Positions 35,898-47,617 are shown, counted from the whole stretch's first letter. The stretch: DNA of 62,100 bases, filler included, from Globobulimina sp. (GCA_003354225.1; 26 parts of 26 records of this genome joined end to end with filler, not necessarily neighbours in it), one strand, 5' to 3'. Notes: generated by a model not told the origin, from the letters alone. Made by a program: numbers and translations.

Positions 35898-37970
35898 CCA
35901 TCACCTGATCCCATTGAAGACACCACTGCTGATCCAACAGTTTTTGTTTCAATAAATCCTACCACAGACCCGGCACAAATATTATCTCAAAGTCCTACTT
36001 CAGATCCAACCAATGATCCCACAAAACAACCGTTACAACCTGGACAGACTCATTCACCCACAACAACTGATCCAACCAAGTCACCAACAATAGATGCTAC
36101 AAATATGCCAACATTTATCCCATCACCTGATCCAATTGAAGATACCACTGCTGATCCAACCATACCTGGACAGACCCAACAGCCAACCATAAATCCAACA
36201 ATATACCCAACACGCGAGCCATTGGAATCAGGACAAACTCATCATCCAACATCTGATCCTAGTCATGCACCAACATATGACCCAACAACGAATATACCAA
36301 CCACATCAACAACGGGTGGCTCAGTTACAGGCGCTCAGACTACAAATCCTACACAACAACCATTACCAGATGGACTGACTCATCATCCAACAGATCAACC
36401 TACACCTATTCCAACAAGGAAACCTTTTGTATCTGGACCAACTACACTTCATCCGACTTCTGATCCGATTGTTATATCACTGGATCCGACACTAAATCCA
36501 ACAACACAACCAATCATCACATTAAATCCAACAGTGGAACCGATGCAAATTACAACGGATCCAACAACATATCCAAATGTCGAACCTAGTATAAATCCAA
36601 CAAATATTCCATCGCAAGAACCAACAGAATATCCAAGTTATAATCCATCAGAACTGCCAACCGATAATCCAACACCTTGCGGACACGAAACAAGTACAAC
36701 TTGGCAACCATGGCCAACAAAAAGACGTCCTACTGCACCACCACAAAGATCCTGGTGGTCCTCAAGTGACGATGATTATGATCAGCCTCAATATATACCG
36801 AATAACGATGCTTCAAAAGTTACAGTTTCATGTCCAAAACAGCAGCAACTTCCCGATGGTTGGAGATGTAAACGGGAATGTATTGATATCCAATCAACGG
36901 AATGGAATGTTGAACTCGCCGGTATTACACAAAATGTTGACGATGGCTCATCGCAATGGACATATCGTATACAAATATCTGAACTATATCTACCAGATAA
37001 CTATCATCGTTGGTGTGGTTATTATGAAGATTTCGGGGATTCATTTGCCACCAAATTAGCACAGATTAATAAATTTTATATCGGTGTCTCTGGCTGTTGC
37101 GATATTTCCAATATTGACATTGCATATGCGACCTCGTTTAGATTCTCACATCCACCAATTGATGATATTGATAGTGGCTGGATATGGGAGGATTTACGTA
37201 TAACACAGAATACACATTTTGCAGAGTTTACATTGGTATTTCCGCATAATATATTTGCTCCAATCCATGGCGACTTTTGGATCCTTTCTGACGATGCAAA
37301 GCGGTGTGTACGCGGTGGTACTCTTATCCCCGATTTATGCCATTTCAGTAATGATTATACGATGTCTGGTATGTTGAATGTAATTGTGGTGGTACATAAT
37401 GACTGGGTATCACATAAATATGATCCATGTGAGTCTTTGATATCATATTTTAATTATAATGCAAATATTGCAAAATGTAAAGCGTATCCATATCCATATG
37501 GTAATAAACGAAGAGGATTAATGATTGATGATGGAGAGATTGAAGTTGTTTTTAATTTTACATTGACATTTAATAATGATACAATTTATGCGGAGTGTAT
37601 ACAAAATTTACAAGATAAGACGTTTGGGGATTTATTTCTGAATCATTACAAAAAGGAAACGAATTTGTCGGTAGTTAATGTTTCTGTGGTTGAGTTGCAA
37701 TATGATTCGAATGTGGTTAATGATGAAATTCCGATGGATAGAGGTGGTGTAGAGAGCGATATGAATAAAGCAACAGGAATTGGGATGGAGTTTGGTATTA
37801 TGTCTATTATTGCATTCTGCTGTGTGTTAATTTGTATTGTTATGGCCGGATATGTATATATGATGAATAAAAGCAGTAACAATAGAAATAAAGAGAGTAT
37901 AGAATATGGTGAGCAGCATATCAGAGAAGAAGAGGTTGATAATAATAATAATATAGATGATTGTTTTTGA
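35898..37970 (+). CDS. Pro/Thr-rich (PTxxPT) mucin-like type I surface protein, 5'-partial
   Basis: Long PT-repeat stalk, a Cys-containing domain, a KRRGL basic site and a C-terminal TM (FGIMSIIAFCCVLICIVMAGYVYM). Confidence 0.8.
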   Translation, partial: PSPDPIEDTTADPTVFVSINPTTDPAQILSQSPTSDPTNDPTKQPLQPGQTHSPTTTDPTKSPTIDATNMPTFIPSPDPIEDTTADPTIPGQTQQPTINPTIYPTREPLESGQTHHPTSDPSHAPTYDPTTNIPTTSTTGGSVTGAQTTNPTQQPLPDGLTHHPTDQPTPIPTRKPFVSGPTTLHPTSDPIVISLDPTLNPTTQPIITLNPTVEPMQITTDPTTYPNVEPSINPTNIPSQEPTEYPSYNPSELPTDNPTPCGHETSTTWQPWPTKRRPTAPPQRSWWSSSDDDYDQPQYIPNNDASKVTVSCPKQQQLPDGWRCKRECIDIQSTEWNVELAGITQNVDDGSSQWTYRIQISELYLPDNYHRWCGYYEDFGDSFATKLAQINKFYIGVSGCCDISNIDIAYATSFRFSHPPIDDIDSGWIWEDLRITQNTHFAEFTLVFPHNIFAPIHGDFWILSDDAKRCVRGGTLIPDLCHFSNDYTMSGMLNVIVVVHNDWVSHKYDPCESLISYFNYNANIAKCKAYPYPYGNKRRGLMIDDGEIEVVFNFTLTFNNDTIYAECIQNLQDKTFGDLFLNHYKKETNLSVVNVSVVELQYDSNVVNDEIPMDRGGVESDMNKATGIGMEFGIMSIIAFCCVLICIVMAGYVYMMNKSSNNRNKESIEYGEQHIREEEVDNNNNIDDCF

Positions 37971-38288
37971 AATTTATGACAGATTATAAAATTTGACTTC
38001 GTATAATATGTACATTTTTAAATTTTTTTGTTTGTTTTGTACACTATGGTTTGGTTGGGATAAACGTAATATATTTAATATTTGAATTAAATTTTATACC
38101 TAACTTGAAAATACCATTACATTTTGTGTTTACGTATGTTATTCGTAGCCTGTACATTCACAACGCTGTGAGCGTGTAACCTATTTANNNNNNNNNNNNN
38201 NNNNNNNNNNNNNNNNNNNNNNNNNNNNNNNTTAATTAATTAANNNNNNNNNNNNNNNNNNNNNNNNNNNNNNNNNNNNNNNNNNNNT

Positions 38289-40127
38289 GAAATTGAATAT
38301 GATGAAACTGTTGTAAATAATATAATTTATCAAAGATATGATAACGATTCGATTCACTATACATCAATGATTCCAATAAATGATATAAATGATAATTGCC
38401 TGTTAATTAAAGTTGAAATTATATCATATTTTGATAATTCGAGTGAATTCACTGAAAGCTGTAATATGACAGCAATTGAGCAGAGTAGATATGACATATT
38501 TGGATGTCCGACAGTATCAAATATTATATTTATTACAGTTATTAAACAATTTCAAACATATGCATTGAATAAGATAAATAAAGAATGTTTATTTTTTTAT
38601 GTTGAATATGACAAATATGATAAATGGTTGACGCAATCGTTTGACCCAGAATTTGATGCTGTAAATAATTTTTTTTATACCGTATTGGATGAGAATCCAA
38701 CAAATAAATTTGGTGAAATCCATATAAATATTGCTTGCTATTCAAATCTAACATGGTTTATACAAATTGGAGTTGAAGACAATTGGCGAAAATGGTTAAC
38801 CGGAGGCTTCAATAAATTGGCACATTCTGATAGGTTTATAACAAATGAAATAAATGAGAAAACTGGTAATGAATTCGAACGCGAATTAAGGAGATTCAAA
38901 ATTAAAATGAACGATATTAACAAATTTGTGCCAAAAGATGAGACCATAGCAAATATTTTAAATATTTCAATTAAAATAGAGAGCTATGATGCGGATGGAT
39001 TATTATACAGTGATCAATATGTATTGACATGCATTCGTTTGCCGGATTTTTCAACGGAAAAACCAATGTTAATCAAACCAGAATATGGTGATATTGTACC
39101 ATCCGGATTTTTAATATCATATTTAATAAAAGAAGATGCATACAAAGATACATTAGAATTAATTATTAGGCCACGTGAATCCGTCAAATATAAAACCGAT
39201 AATAATGGCGAAAGAATAATTACATTGAATGAGAATGCATTTATTGGCAAACCAAATATTATTCATTCAATAAAATTTTGTCCCCATTTAGAAAAATGTA
39301 TGAACACAGAAATGAAAACGATCATTAAATTTATAAGGCCGTCAGCTGCAAATAATTTAATTGAATTTAGTTTGTATGATTTTACATTACGATACAAAGA
39401 CATGTGGAACAATCCATATTCATCACATACAATAAATGATATTATGATTGTTCGTGATTGGAGTGAGGATTTATATGTTTTACGCACAATTTATGATAAA
39501 CTAAATGGCAAAAACTGGTTTGTTGGATGGGATATAGATAATGATAATAATTATTGTGATAATAAATGGTACGGAATAAAATGTAATTCTTTGAAACAAT
39601 TAGTTTCAATAAATCTATTTTCAAACAATTTATACGGTGAATTACCATTAGAAATTGGTAAATTATCATCGTTACAATATTTAGATTTATCGTCAAATTA
39701 TATAACCGGAACAATACCAAACACAATACAATTATTAACTATTTGTAAATATATATCATTTTCATCAAATTCATTAATTGGTTCAATACCAAATGGTTTA
39801 GAAAATATGAATAATTTAAATATATTAAATTTAGCTGGAAATATGTTATCTGGCACAATTCCAAATGGCTTATTGTTATCTGCAAAAGAATCAAATTTAA
39901 AAAATATTTATTTAAATGGAAATAGATTAACTGGATATATTTCAAATAAATTTAAAGATATAAAAGATTTAAATATATTGTACTTATCTGATAATGATTG
40001 GTATTGTCCATCTGTTGATTATTCAAAATGGGCAAAAAATACAGATTATACATCAATTAATAAATGTATTCAAGCACCAAAACATGTGTTACAATCTGAT
40101 ATTAAAACACCAATTGACATTATATAA
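38289..40127 (+). CDS. Leucine-rich repeat protein (plant RLK-type LRR-NT cap + LRRs), 5'-partial
   Basis: Cap LRTIYDKLNGKNW...C..KWYGIKC, followed by ~6 LxxLxLSxNxLxGxIP repeats. Confidence 0.9.
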   Translation, partial: EIEYDETVVNNIIYQRYDNDSIHYTSMIPINDINDNCLLIKVEIISYFDNSSEFTESCNMTAIEQSRYDIFGCPTVSNIIFITVIKQFQTYALNKINKECLFFYVEYDKYDKWLTQSFDPEFDAVNNFFYTVLDENPTNKFGEIHINIACYSNLTWFIQIGVEDNWRKWLTGGFNKLAHSDRFITNEINEKTGNEFERELRRFKIKMNDINKFVPKDETIANILNISIKIESYDADGLLYSDQYVLTCIRLPDFSTEKPMLIKPEYGDIVPSGFLISYLIKEDAYKDTLELIIRPRESVKYKTDNNGERIITLNENAFIGKPNIIHSIKFCPHLEKCMNTEMKTIIKFIRPSAANNLIEFSLYDFTLRYKDMWNNPYSSHTINDIMIVRDWSEDLYVLRTIYDKLNGKNWFVGWDIDNDNNYCDNKWYGIKCNSLKQLVSINLFSNNLYGELPLEIGKLSSLQYLDLSSNYITGTIPNTIQLLTICKYISFSSNSLIGSIPNGLENMNNLNILNLAGNMLSGTIPNGLLLSAKESNLKNIYLNGNRLTGYISNKFKDIKDLNILYLSDNDWYCPSVDYSKWAKNTDYTSINKCIQAPKHVLQSDIKTPIDII

Positions 40128-40328
40128 TTGTTTTAAACTCCGAAAGCAATTCCATTCAATTTGTAAGTGAGATTAAAAACAGCTTTGTCAGTGGTATAAA
40201 TCCCGCAATTTAAGGGCTGTTTGTGATCATCGATCGGCAATCTTAGGCAATCTACATTAAAACAAACCGTTAGGTTTGCAGCACCCATTGTAAATAAATA
40301 AATAAATATTACACTGACAAGTTTATTT

Positions 40329-40579
40329 TTATGCTTGCATAGAATGATAAAATGCTGTCCATATTTTCTCACTCAATTTTTTCGAAATTGGTTTAAATTT
40401 TGTATTATCCATTGCGTTACAAACATTTTGTAAATCCTTATCCAATTCAACAATTCCAGAATCTAAATCTCTATGCCATTCTAAACATGTCCCATTCACC
40501 TGTCTATACAAAAATAATTTGCAATCTTCCTCACTCTCACAACGATCCCATGCATTATATAAATCCCTCAATGTCGGGT
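40329..40579 (-). CDS. Possible 3' end of an unknown gene
   Basis: The frame is open from the contig end (PTLRDLYNAWD...) to a TAA. Confidence 0.3.
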
Positions 40580-40679
40580 NNNNNNNNNNNNNNNNNNNNN
40601 NNNNNNNNNNNNNNNNNNNNNNNTTAATTAATTAANNNNNNNNNNNNNNNNNNNNNNNNNNNNNNNNNNNNNNNNNNNN

Positions 40680-41842
40680 AATCCCGTAATAACCGCAGCA
40701 GACATGGACGTACCTTGCAATTTCTTGTATGTGTTATCATTGGCACCCAAATCCGCAGAATATATATCAACGCCCGGCGCGTATAAATCGACGCAGCTTC
40801 CAGTATTACCATACATTTTCATTCCAGAATCGTACGCGGCAACGGATAATGTGTACGGCGACGAACCCGGATAGCTGTGACATGCATCAATCTCTTTGTT
40901 CCCTGCCGCCGCCACAATAATTCCACCCAAATCCACAATTTGTTTCAACAACGCATCCAAATAATCCATCCATTGCTGTGCGGGCAAACCAGCAGTTTGC
41001 ACGGATAAATTGATAATGACACGTTTCTTCTCATCGCTTTGCTGTATGAACGCAATGATTTTGTACAGAGCCTCTTCAATCAAACTAAAAGAACAGCCCT
41101 GCGATACTCTGCAGATTGGATAGTCGTAGACGGGAATGGATGGCGAACCTTGCGTCATTCCAACATTTCCGCCAACAATGATGCCGGCGACGTGTGTACC
41201 ATGCAATGACGCTGCAGCACCGCTGAAAGATGGGTCAAATGCGATATAATTAACAGTCTGGAACTCGATGTGTGTGGATTGTATTAATGAGTCCAAGATG
41301 AATATATCAACGTTGTTGTAGGCAGCTGAGGTATCAATGTATGCATATTTATTATCTATGACACCGTCCATATAATCCAAATGCCATAAATAGGGAGAGT
41401 TTGGCTGTGGATTCATGTCACAATCAACGCTGAAACATTCGGAATATGCTTGTTCGAATTCCAATTCATAATCGATATGTTGTAGACAGAAGTCGTTCCA
41501 ATTTATTTCTAAGTTGTCGAGACAAGATATATTCAAATTATCTATGTTATTGTTGGCGTAATGGATGGATAGATATGTATGGTAATCGCCATTCTTTTGG
41601 TCGTAGATTCTATTTTTTGTATCGTGCAAACATGGATACAAGTTTCTTAATGATTGGATGTAATGTTTTGCGGCTCGTAGTGATAAACAACAGTATGGAT
41701 CAAAGGATAACAGCATTCGATTTTTATTGTGATGTTCTTCGATGGTTTGTGGCCGAATTGGTGCTATTCGGTTTTTCGTAAAGCCATTTGTTTGGTTGGT
41801 TATCAATATCAACAGTGATATCAATGCAAAAAACAGTGACAT
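40680..41842 (-). CDS. Secreted subtilisin-like (S8, proteinase K-type) serine protease, 3'-partial
   Basis: Signal peptide. Catalytic motifs FILDS, HGTHVAG, AAGN and GTSMS, plus VDLYAPG. Confidence 0.95.
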
Positions 41843-41899
41843 GCTCTTACTTTACAAAAAAAACAAAGAATTAAATAAATTAAACGGGGTTTTGTTCAT

Positions 41900-42539
41900 T
41901 TATGATGGATATAGATATGTAATATGTTATTTAATTCAGATGTGATTGCTGCACTGCAAAAAGAGTGCAATCAATAATATGGCCATGGAAATGCAGCATT
42001 TACAAATAAGACAGGATGTATTGTCGAAGCAACACATGATGTTCCCAATGGATTATATTTGGCATCCTCATATTGTGAATGTAGAAAGAGATTAAAATTA
42101 AATGAAATTGTCTCAAAATATATTGTTGGCAAACATATAAAACATTTTTTTATTGAATGAGCAATACGTTGTAAAACCATCAAATAGTAATAATACACAT
42201 TTATATGGCATCAAGACTCTGAATATTTATCTCAACCATCTCTCAATATTTCTGCATGGATCCCAATGGATGATATTTGACAACAGAATGGCTCCATTTT
42301 TATGTTACCGTTTGAGAATTATTTAAATATAAATTCATGGAAAAAAGCAGAATATGGAAAAGAATGGAATTATTTGCTAAAGCAGGTGATATGATAATAT
42401 TTACTTCGTTAACATTTCATAAATCAAACTGTAATTTATATCCGATAGAATGCGGAGAGTATTGCTGGTTCAATATAGTACATTTCCTCTCATTGACAGA
42501 ATTAATAAGAAACTCTATCGACTTGTTGTTAAATTATAA
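41900..42539 (+). pseudogene. Phytanoyl-CoA dioxygenase (PhyH) family pseudogene
   Basis: Collinear fragments in shifting frames: GCIVE, LLNEQYVVKP, WHQDSEY (HxD), ISAWIPMDD*QQNGSI, AGDMIIFTSLTFHKS..N and RRVLLVQYS. At least two stops and several frameshifts. Confidence 0.8.
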
Positions 42540-42723
42540 ACACACAAAAAATGCCAGCATTCAATTAACTATATTTGTTTGTGACGAAGAGACAGAAAGT
42601 GAAGATTATTTGAGAATTTATTTTTCTTTGTGTGATTTCTTTGCTTTTGGAAGTTAAACATTTGGCAACATCCATAAACCCAATGTATCACGCAAAAAAA
42701 GCAAATGTGTGTGTTCCGGAGTA

Positions 42724-42854
42724 CTTTAGAATAGGACCTGTTTGAAACACCGCGTGTTTAAACAATTTAAAATCCTATGGAGGTTTACATGCAGTGCTAG
42801 GATAATGTATACAATTTCAAAAGAAAAGTGTTCCAAACACGTCCTATTCTAAAG
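42724..42854. mobile_element. 131-bp MITE with TA target-site duplication (Tc1/mariner-type)
   Basis: 27-bp TIR ctttagaataggacctgtttgaaacac versus gtgttccaaacacgtcctattctaaag (2 mismatches), flanked by TA at 42722-42723 and 42855-42856. Confidence 0.8.
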
Positions 42855-43071
42855 TATTTAGAAAAAATAGATTTGTAAAGTTTTGTAAAGTTTTTTGTAA
42901 AGTTACTTGAATAGCATCCTTGAGAATCGTTAAGTGATTCATCTAAAACCGCAGTCGAAAGAAGATACCACNNNNNNNNNNNNNNNNNNNNNNNNNNNNN
43001 NNNNNNNNNNNNNNNTTAATTAATTAANNNNNNNNNNNNNNNNNNNNNNNNNNNNNNNNNNNNNNNNNNNN

Positions 43072-44372
43072 GTGTCGTTGGGCTGTTGATTGAATTTTTT
43101 TAATGTATCAACATCTGCAAATTGTTGATATAATTTTTGTTTAGAATTTAACATTTGCTGCATTGCTTTGATTTGTTTCGTTTGAACAGAGAAAGTCTCG
43201 TCAACTTCAGTGTAACATTCCAGTTTCTTTCTTTCTTCGCAACGTAGCCTATATCCAATATCATAGCAATGCATAAAATGACAATGAATGTTGTCCATTA
43301 TTTCAACAACTGATGAATCTATATTTTCTATATTGTGTGAACATATTGGTGTTTTTTGTCGAAGCTGATGTGTTCTGTGCAGTATACTGCATTCTGATAC
43401 GTCACAGTAACCCAATGCATCGCATATATCTTGAAATTCCTGCTCCGAACAATGATGCAAAATCAAATGATGATAATCATTCAACACTGCTACAATGTCC
43501 ATGTCATTCAATATTGCTCCATTAAATTTTGTTAATGTTGATATTATATTTGATAATGCACTGCAATCAGCCAATGAATCATTACAAGCAATAACTTGAT
43601 TTGAGTCAGTGGAGTGAGTGGATGATGATATTGCAAAATCCGTGGACTGTTATAAAGAGTGGATAAATATTTTTAACATAACATCACATATAAAGTTACA
43701 TAACTTGGAGAAATATTATTGTTGTATCGATTAAGCTTTTGTTTTTTCGTCAAAATCATGATCGGCATTGTTCTGCTTACTTTCCTTTTGATCATTGCTT
43801 ACAAGTTCAACCTTAACAGATTTAATCCTCCTTTCTCCAGTTTTAGGCAAACCCTTTTGTGTTTTAATTAGGTAAATAAAAAATATATGAATAACATTTT
43901 GAAGATAATATATTGCGATATTAATGTCATATTTTGCCTCAATAAACGCTTCCATTGAGTCTTTTAATGAATATCCCATATTTGTCAACTGATTTACTGC
44001 CTCATCTAAATCCAAATCGCCACGAAGATAAACCAATGCATTATCAAAATGGCCTCGATTAATCTGCAACGCAATTAACGCTTTTTTATGGTCAAAACCC
44101 ATAGTTACCAATCTGTCAAATGCTGTGTTTTTGAGCGATTTGGAGGAGCATTCACTGCATATATCATAACCATGAGGATGTTTTGCATCATCTTCTTTAT
44201 CACAATGATAGAAATATTTATTTTTTTGCATTGGTTTATAACAACTGTCACAAACGTAATCTTGAGAATTTAATATCATTTTTGTGAGCTCATTGCCACA
44301 GACACAGATGCATGAATGTGTGCTACTTTTACATTCAGTGTTGTCTTCTGTGATGTTATTTGATTTACTCAT
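43072..44372 (-). CDS. Cys/His zinc-finger + tandem UBA-domain protein, spliced, 3'-partial
   Basis: CVCG...CDSC...YHC...YDICSEC, then two UBA motifs (LVTMGF...ALVYL; LTNMGY...AIYYL). The downstream exon from 43646 is in frame with the 43574 ORF. Confidence 0.7.
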
Positions 44373-44431
44373 ATTCTAGCCTTTGTTGTTGTATTTTTAA
44401 GTTAAAAACTTAACTAAGCTTAGTCCTTATA

Positions 44432-45363
44432 ATGGCCACCAAACGTTTATCTAAAATTTTATCACAACTATCAATTTCAGATGAAGAAGATGAGAAAGTA
44501 TTAGAACAGAATGAGACAGCAGCCAGCAATCGCAACTCATTAACGGTAACCGACAATCGTACAGGCAAAACCTTAGAGATTCCCATTAAAGATGGCGTAG
44601 TGCCAGCAAAAGAATTTAGTAAATTACGATTACGCGATGCAAACATTGGACTCAGACTATATGATCCAGGCTACACCAATACCGCCGCCGCAACCTCCCG
44701 CATCACATACATCGATGGCCCCAACGGCGTGTTAACATATCGGGGCTATCCCATTGAAGAATTAGCGACAAAATCCAATTTCTTAGAGGTTGCTTACTTG
44801 TTAATTTATGGCGAGTTACCCAACGAATCGCAGTTCGAGTTTTGGAGCGCACGCATCATGAAACATACGTACATCCATTCCGACCTCGCCACGATGATGG
44901 AATCATTCCGCTACGACGCACATCCAATGGGCATGCTCATCACTGCCTTATCTGCCTTAGGTATATAGCATACCCTCCACACTCTGACTCAGTGCGAGGA
45001 TAATATACCAACACAATATATATATATATACACATAACATAGGCACTGTCCACCCCGAGGCCAATCCAGCATTATCAGGCCAGACAATCTATTACGACCA
45101 GAAAGTGCGCAACAAGCAAATAAATCGCTGTATCGGCAGTGTAGCCACCATCGCCGCCTTAGCCTACCGACATCGTATGGGCAGACCCTATGTGTACCCA
45201 TCGCATCAATCCTTGGGCTACGCCGAGAATTTCCTATATATGATTGACCGATACAGCAATCTCAACTACAAACCCAATGCAGAGTTGGCCCAAGCGTTGG
45301 ATGTCTTATTTATACTGCACGCCGACCACGAATTGAATTGCAGCACCTCGGCCATGCGCCATT
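44432..45363 (+). CDS. Citrate synthase, peroxisomal/bacterial-like type, 3'-partial
   Basis: [17 protein letters not shown]...[18 protein letters not shown] and [15 protein letters not shown]. Intron 44961-45042. N-terminal RLSKILSQL matches PTS2. Confidence 0.96.
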
Positions 45364-45463
45364 NNNNNNNNNNNNNNNNNNNNNNNNNNNNNNNNNNNNN
45401 NNNNNNNTTAATTAATTAANNNNNNNNNNNNNNNNNNNNNNNNNNNNNNNNNNNNNNNNNNNN

Positions 45464-45894
45464 TCTTTTGTTAATGAATACATTTGATCAGATATTGAAT
45501 GTGTTGGCTTTGGATTCAATTTATTTATGCCATTGATTAGGCGTCGTTTGATATGAACAGCAAAACCATTTTCTGCACAATAATCTCTGTTTAGAGGCAG
45601 TAAAATACATCCAATGTTTAGAGGCAGTAAAATACATCCATACCTTGCATCTTTTTCAGTCCACATATTGAGGTCATTGATGGTGATATCATGTTCTCTG
45701 AAACATGATTGTAACGATTCAATTCTATTTATTCTTAAAAATCCAGCAATTTCTGCATTCATTTGTCGCGCTTCTCTTTTTTCTTCTTTCTTTTCATCAG
45801 TAATTCGTTGGTCTGGCATCCCTTCATTCATTTGAATGTTGCGACCCTCAAAAACGTCCATCTGACTGTCGAATTGTGCCATTTGAATGTCCAT
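45464..45894 (-). CDS. SAM-like domain protein, partial
   Basis: FL...+.SL...F.EHDITI.DL...RRLINGINKL pattern, with a 57-bp intron at 45587-45643. Confidence 0.5.
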
Positions 45895-46500
45895 CTGACA
45901 AAAACAATTTCAAAAAACCTCTGTGGTAGTAATGGCAACTGAGGCAGTAAACACTGGCACCATTATCTATTTAGAGCGCAAACAAGGTGCTATCTGTGAA
46001 TTATTTTTCGTCCCAATGGAATTTGTATTAATGGTATCAATCCGTGGACGTGGACATGCCAGACAGGCCAAATTCAACGTGTGTTTATTTTAAGACTATA
46101 TTTTACAAACAATAAACTTATATTATTGTCAGACTGTTTGGACAGGCTCACAATATTCGCTCTTATCAACGGTTAGACACATTTATCAGTCAAAATATAA
46201 AGCAACATTTCTTCACATATATGGCGATCTTAAATACGCGTTGCAGCATCCAACTCTATCATCGATACAAATACAAACTCTAAATAAAATCACATTGGAA
46301 CAATTTGATGAATTAAATGCAAAAAAAGAGCAATTGGAGGAAGCAGAAAGGGAGTGGAATTTTGATGAAGTCCCGTTTGCATTTGATGCGGAGACTAAAC
46401 AATGATTGCTAATATATTTTTCGTTGTTGTATTTTTTTTTGTATACTAAAGTTATCCTTGCACTTCAGAGTTAAAAAAAAAAAAATACATTTTAGTGTTA

Positions 46501-47607
46501 ATGGCCAGTCACAAGAAAAGAAAAGAGAACCCTACTGCAGACAAAAGACCTTTTAAAAAGCAAAAACCAAAACAAAGACAGTTAACATTGTATGGTTTTT
46601 ACAACAAATTGGTGACAGATTCAACAGTCGCGAGAAAGGCGGCCAATTATAAAAAAGAAAAAAGAAAAAAGAAAAAAGAACCAACATTACATGATCATTA
46701 TATTTATGATATTTCAGGTGCAAATCTTTGGTATGTTCAAGAGGCACTCAAACACGTTTATTGTGTGTTGGAGCGGATGTATAAAAACAACACTCGCCTC
46801 AAACAGTTGCCTCAATATGTCAAAAAACCATCAACCGGATTGCAATCATTAACGGACTATATTGCAATGCAAAAATTATTGGTGAAAATTAGACACGGCG
46901 AAGAAATATTATATAAGCGACCAAGTATTAGTACACGAACTCATTCAAATACTATTCATAATGCAGGCACTGAACAAAAAGAATCTATTGATAAATTAGT
47001 ATTTGGATTTATTCGCTTACAATTCGAAGATATTTTCAATTTAGAAATGCCACAAGATTTACAAAACACAATACCTCCATGGTATGGAAATATTATCATG
47101 ACTTCAAATATTATGAATGTGAATCATATTCAAACTATTGGATATGCATTAAATGAAATGATACCAAAATTGAATCATTTTAAATTATATGAAACATTTA
47201 GATTTCAAGATAATAACCATAAAAAAATCAGATTTGTAGTGGTAATCGAAACAAATACAGGAGATATTTTAATGCATTTTCGTGGATATCAGATTTGTAG
47301 TGGTAATCGAAACAAATACGAAGAAGATAGCTGGAGTTTGTTATTACAAACATCAGTCAAAACTATTCCAATCAAATATACATGGAATTATGTCTTTCCA
47401 ATCAAAACTATTCCAATTTATCATTTACCAAATAATTATGTCTTTGATTCAACTGAGAAATTTTCCGACATTTTCACTGATTGGGTGGATTCGATTGAGA
47501 CTCAGCGACCGCTCCCTGGAATTGGATCACTTTTGACTCATAATTTAATGAAGCCAGAAAATACTGCGATTACATGTACACAATTTGAAGTTTTTTTATT
47601 CGAATAA
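46501..47607 (+). CDS. Uncharacterised protein with a basic NLS-like N-terminus and a degenerate TLDc-like C-terminus
   Basis: KKRK/KKEKRKKKK, LVFGFIR...MPQDL, VVVIETNTGDI and terminal QFEVF. Confidence 0.5.
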   Translation: MASHKKRKENPTADKRPFKKQKPKQRQLTLYGFYNKLVTDSTVARKAANYKKEKRKKKKEPTLHDHYIYDISGANLWYVQEALKHVYCVLERMYKNNTRLKQLPQYVKKPSTGLQSLTDYIAMQKLLVKIRHGEEILYKRPSISTRTHSNTIHNAGTEQKESIDKLVFGFIRLQFEDIFNLEMPQDLQNTIPPWYGNIIMTSNIMNVNHIQTIGYALNEMIPKLNHFKLYETFRFQDNNHKKIRFVVVIETNTGDILMHFRGYQICSGNRNKYEEDSWSLLLQTSVKTIPIKYTWNYVFPIKTIPIYHLPNNYVFDSTEKFSDIFTDWVDSIETQRPLPGIGSLLTHNLMKPENTAITCTQFEVFLFE

Positions 47608-47617
47608 ATATAACGTA

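Noticed and set aside
7627-41842. SPRING-like gene plus an S8 protease as a gene cluster
   Set aside because: They are on different contigs joined only by size sorting, and the protease looks proteinase K-like rather than site-1 protease.
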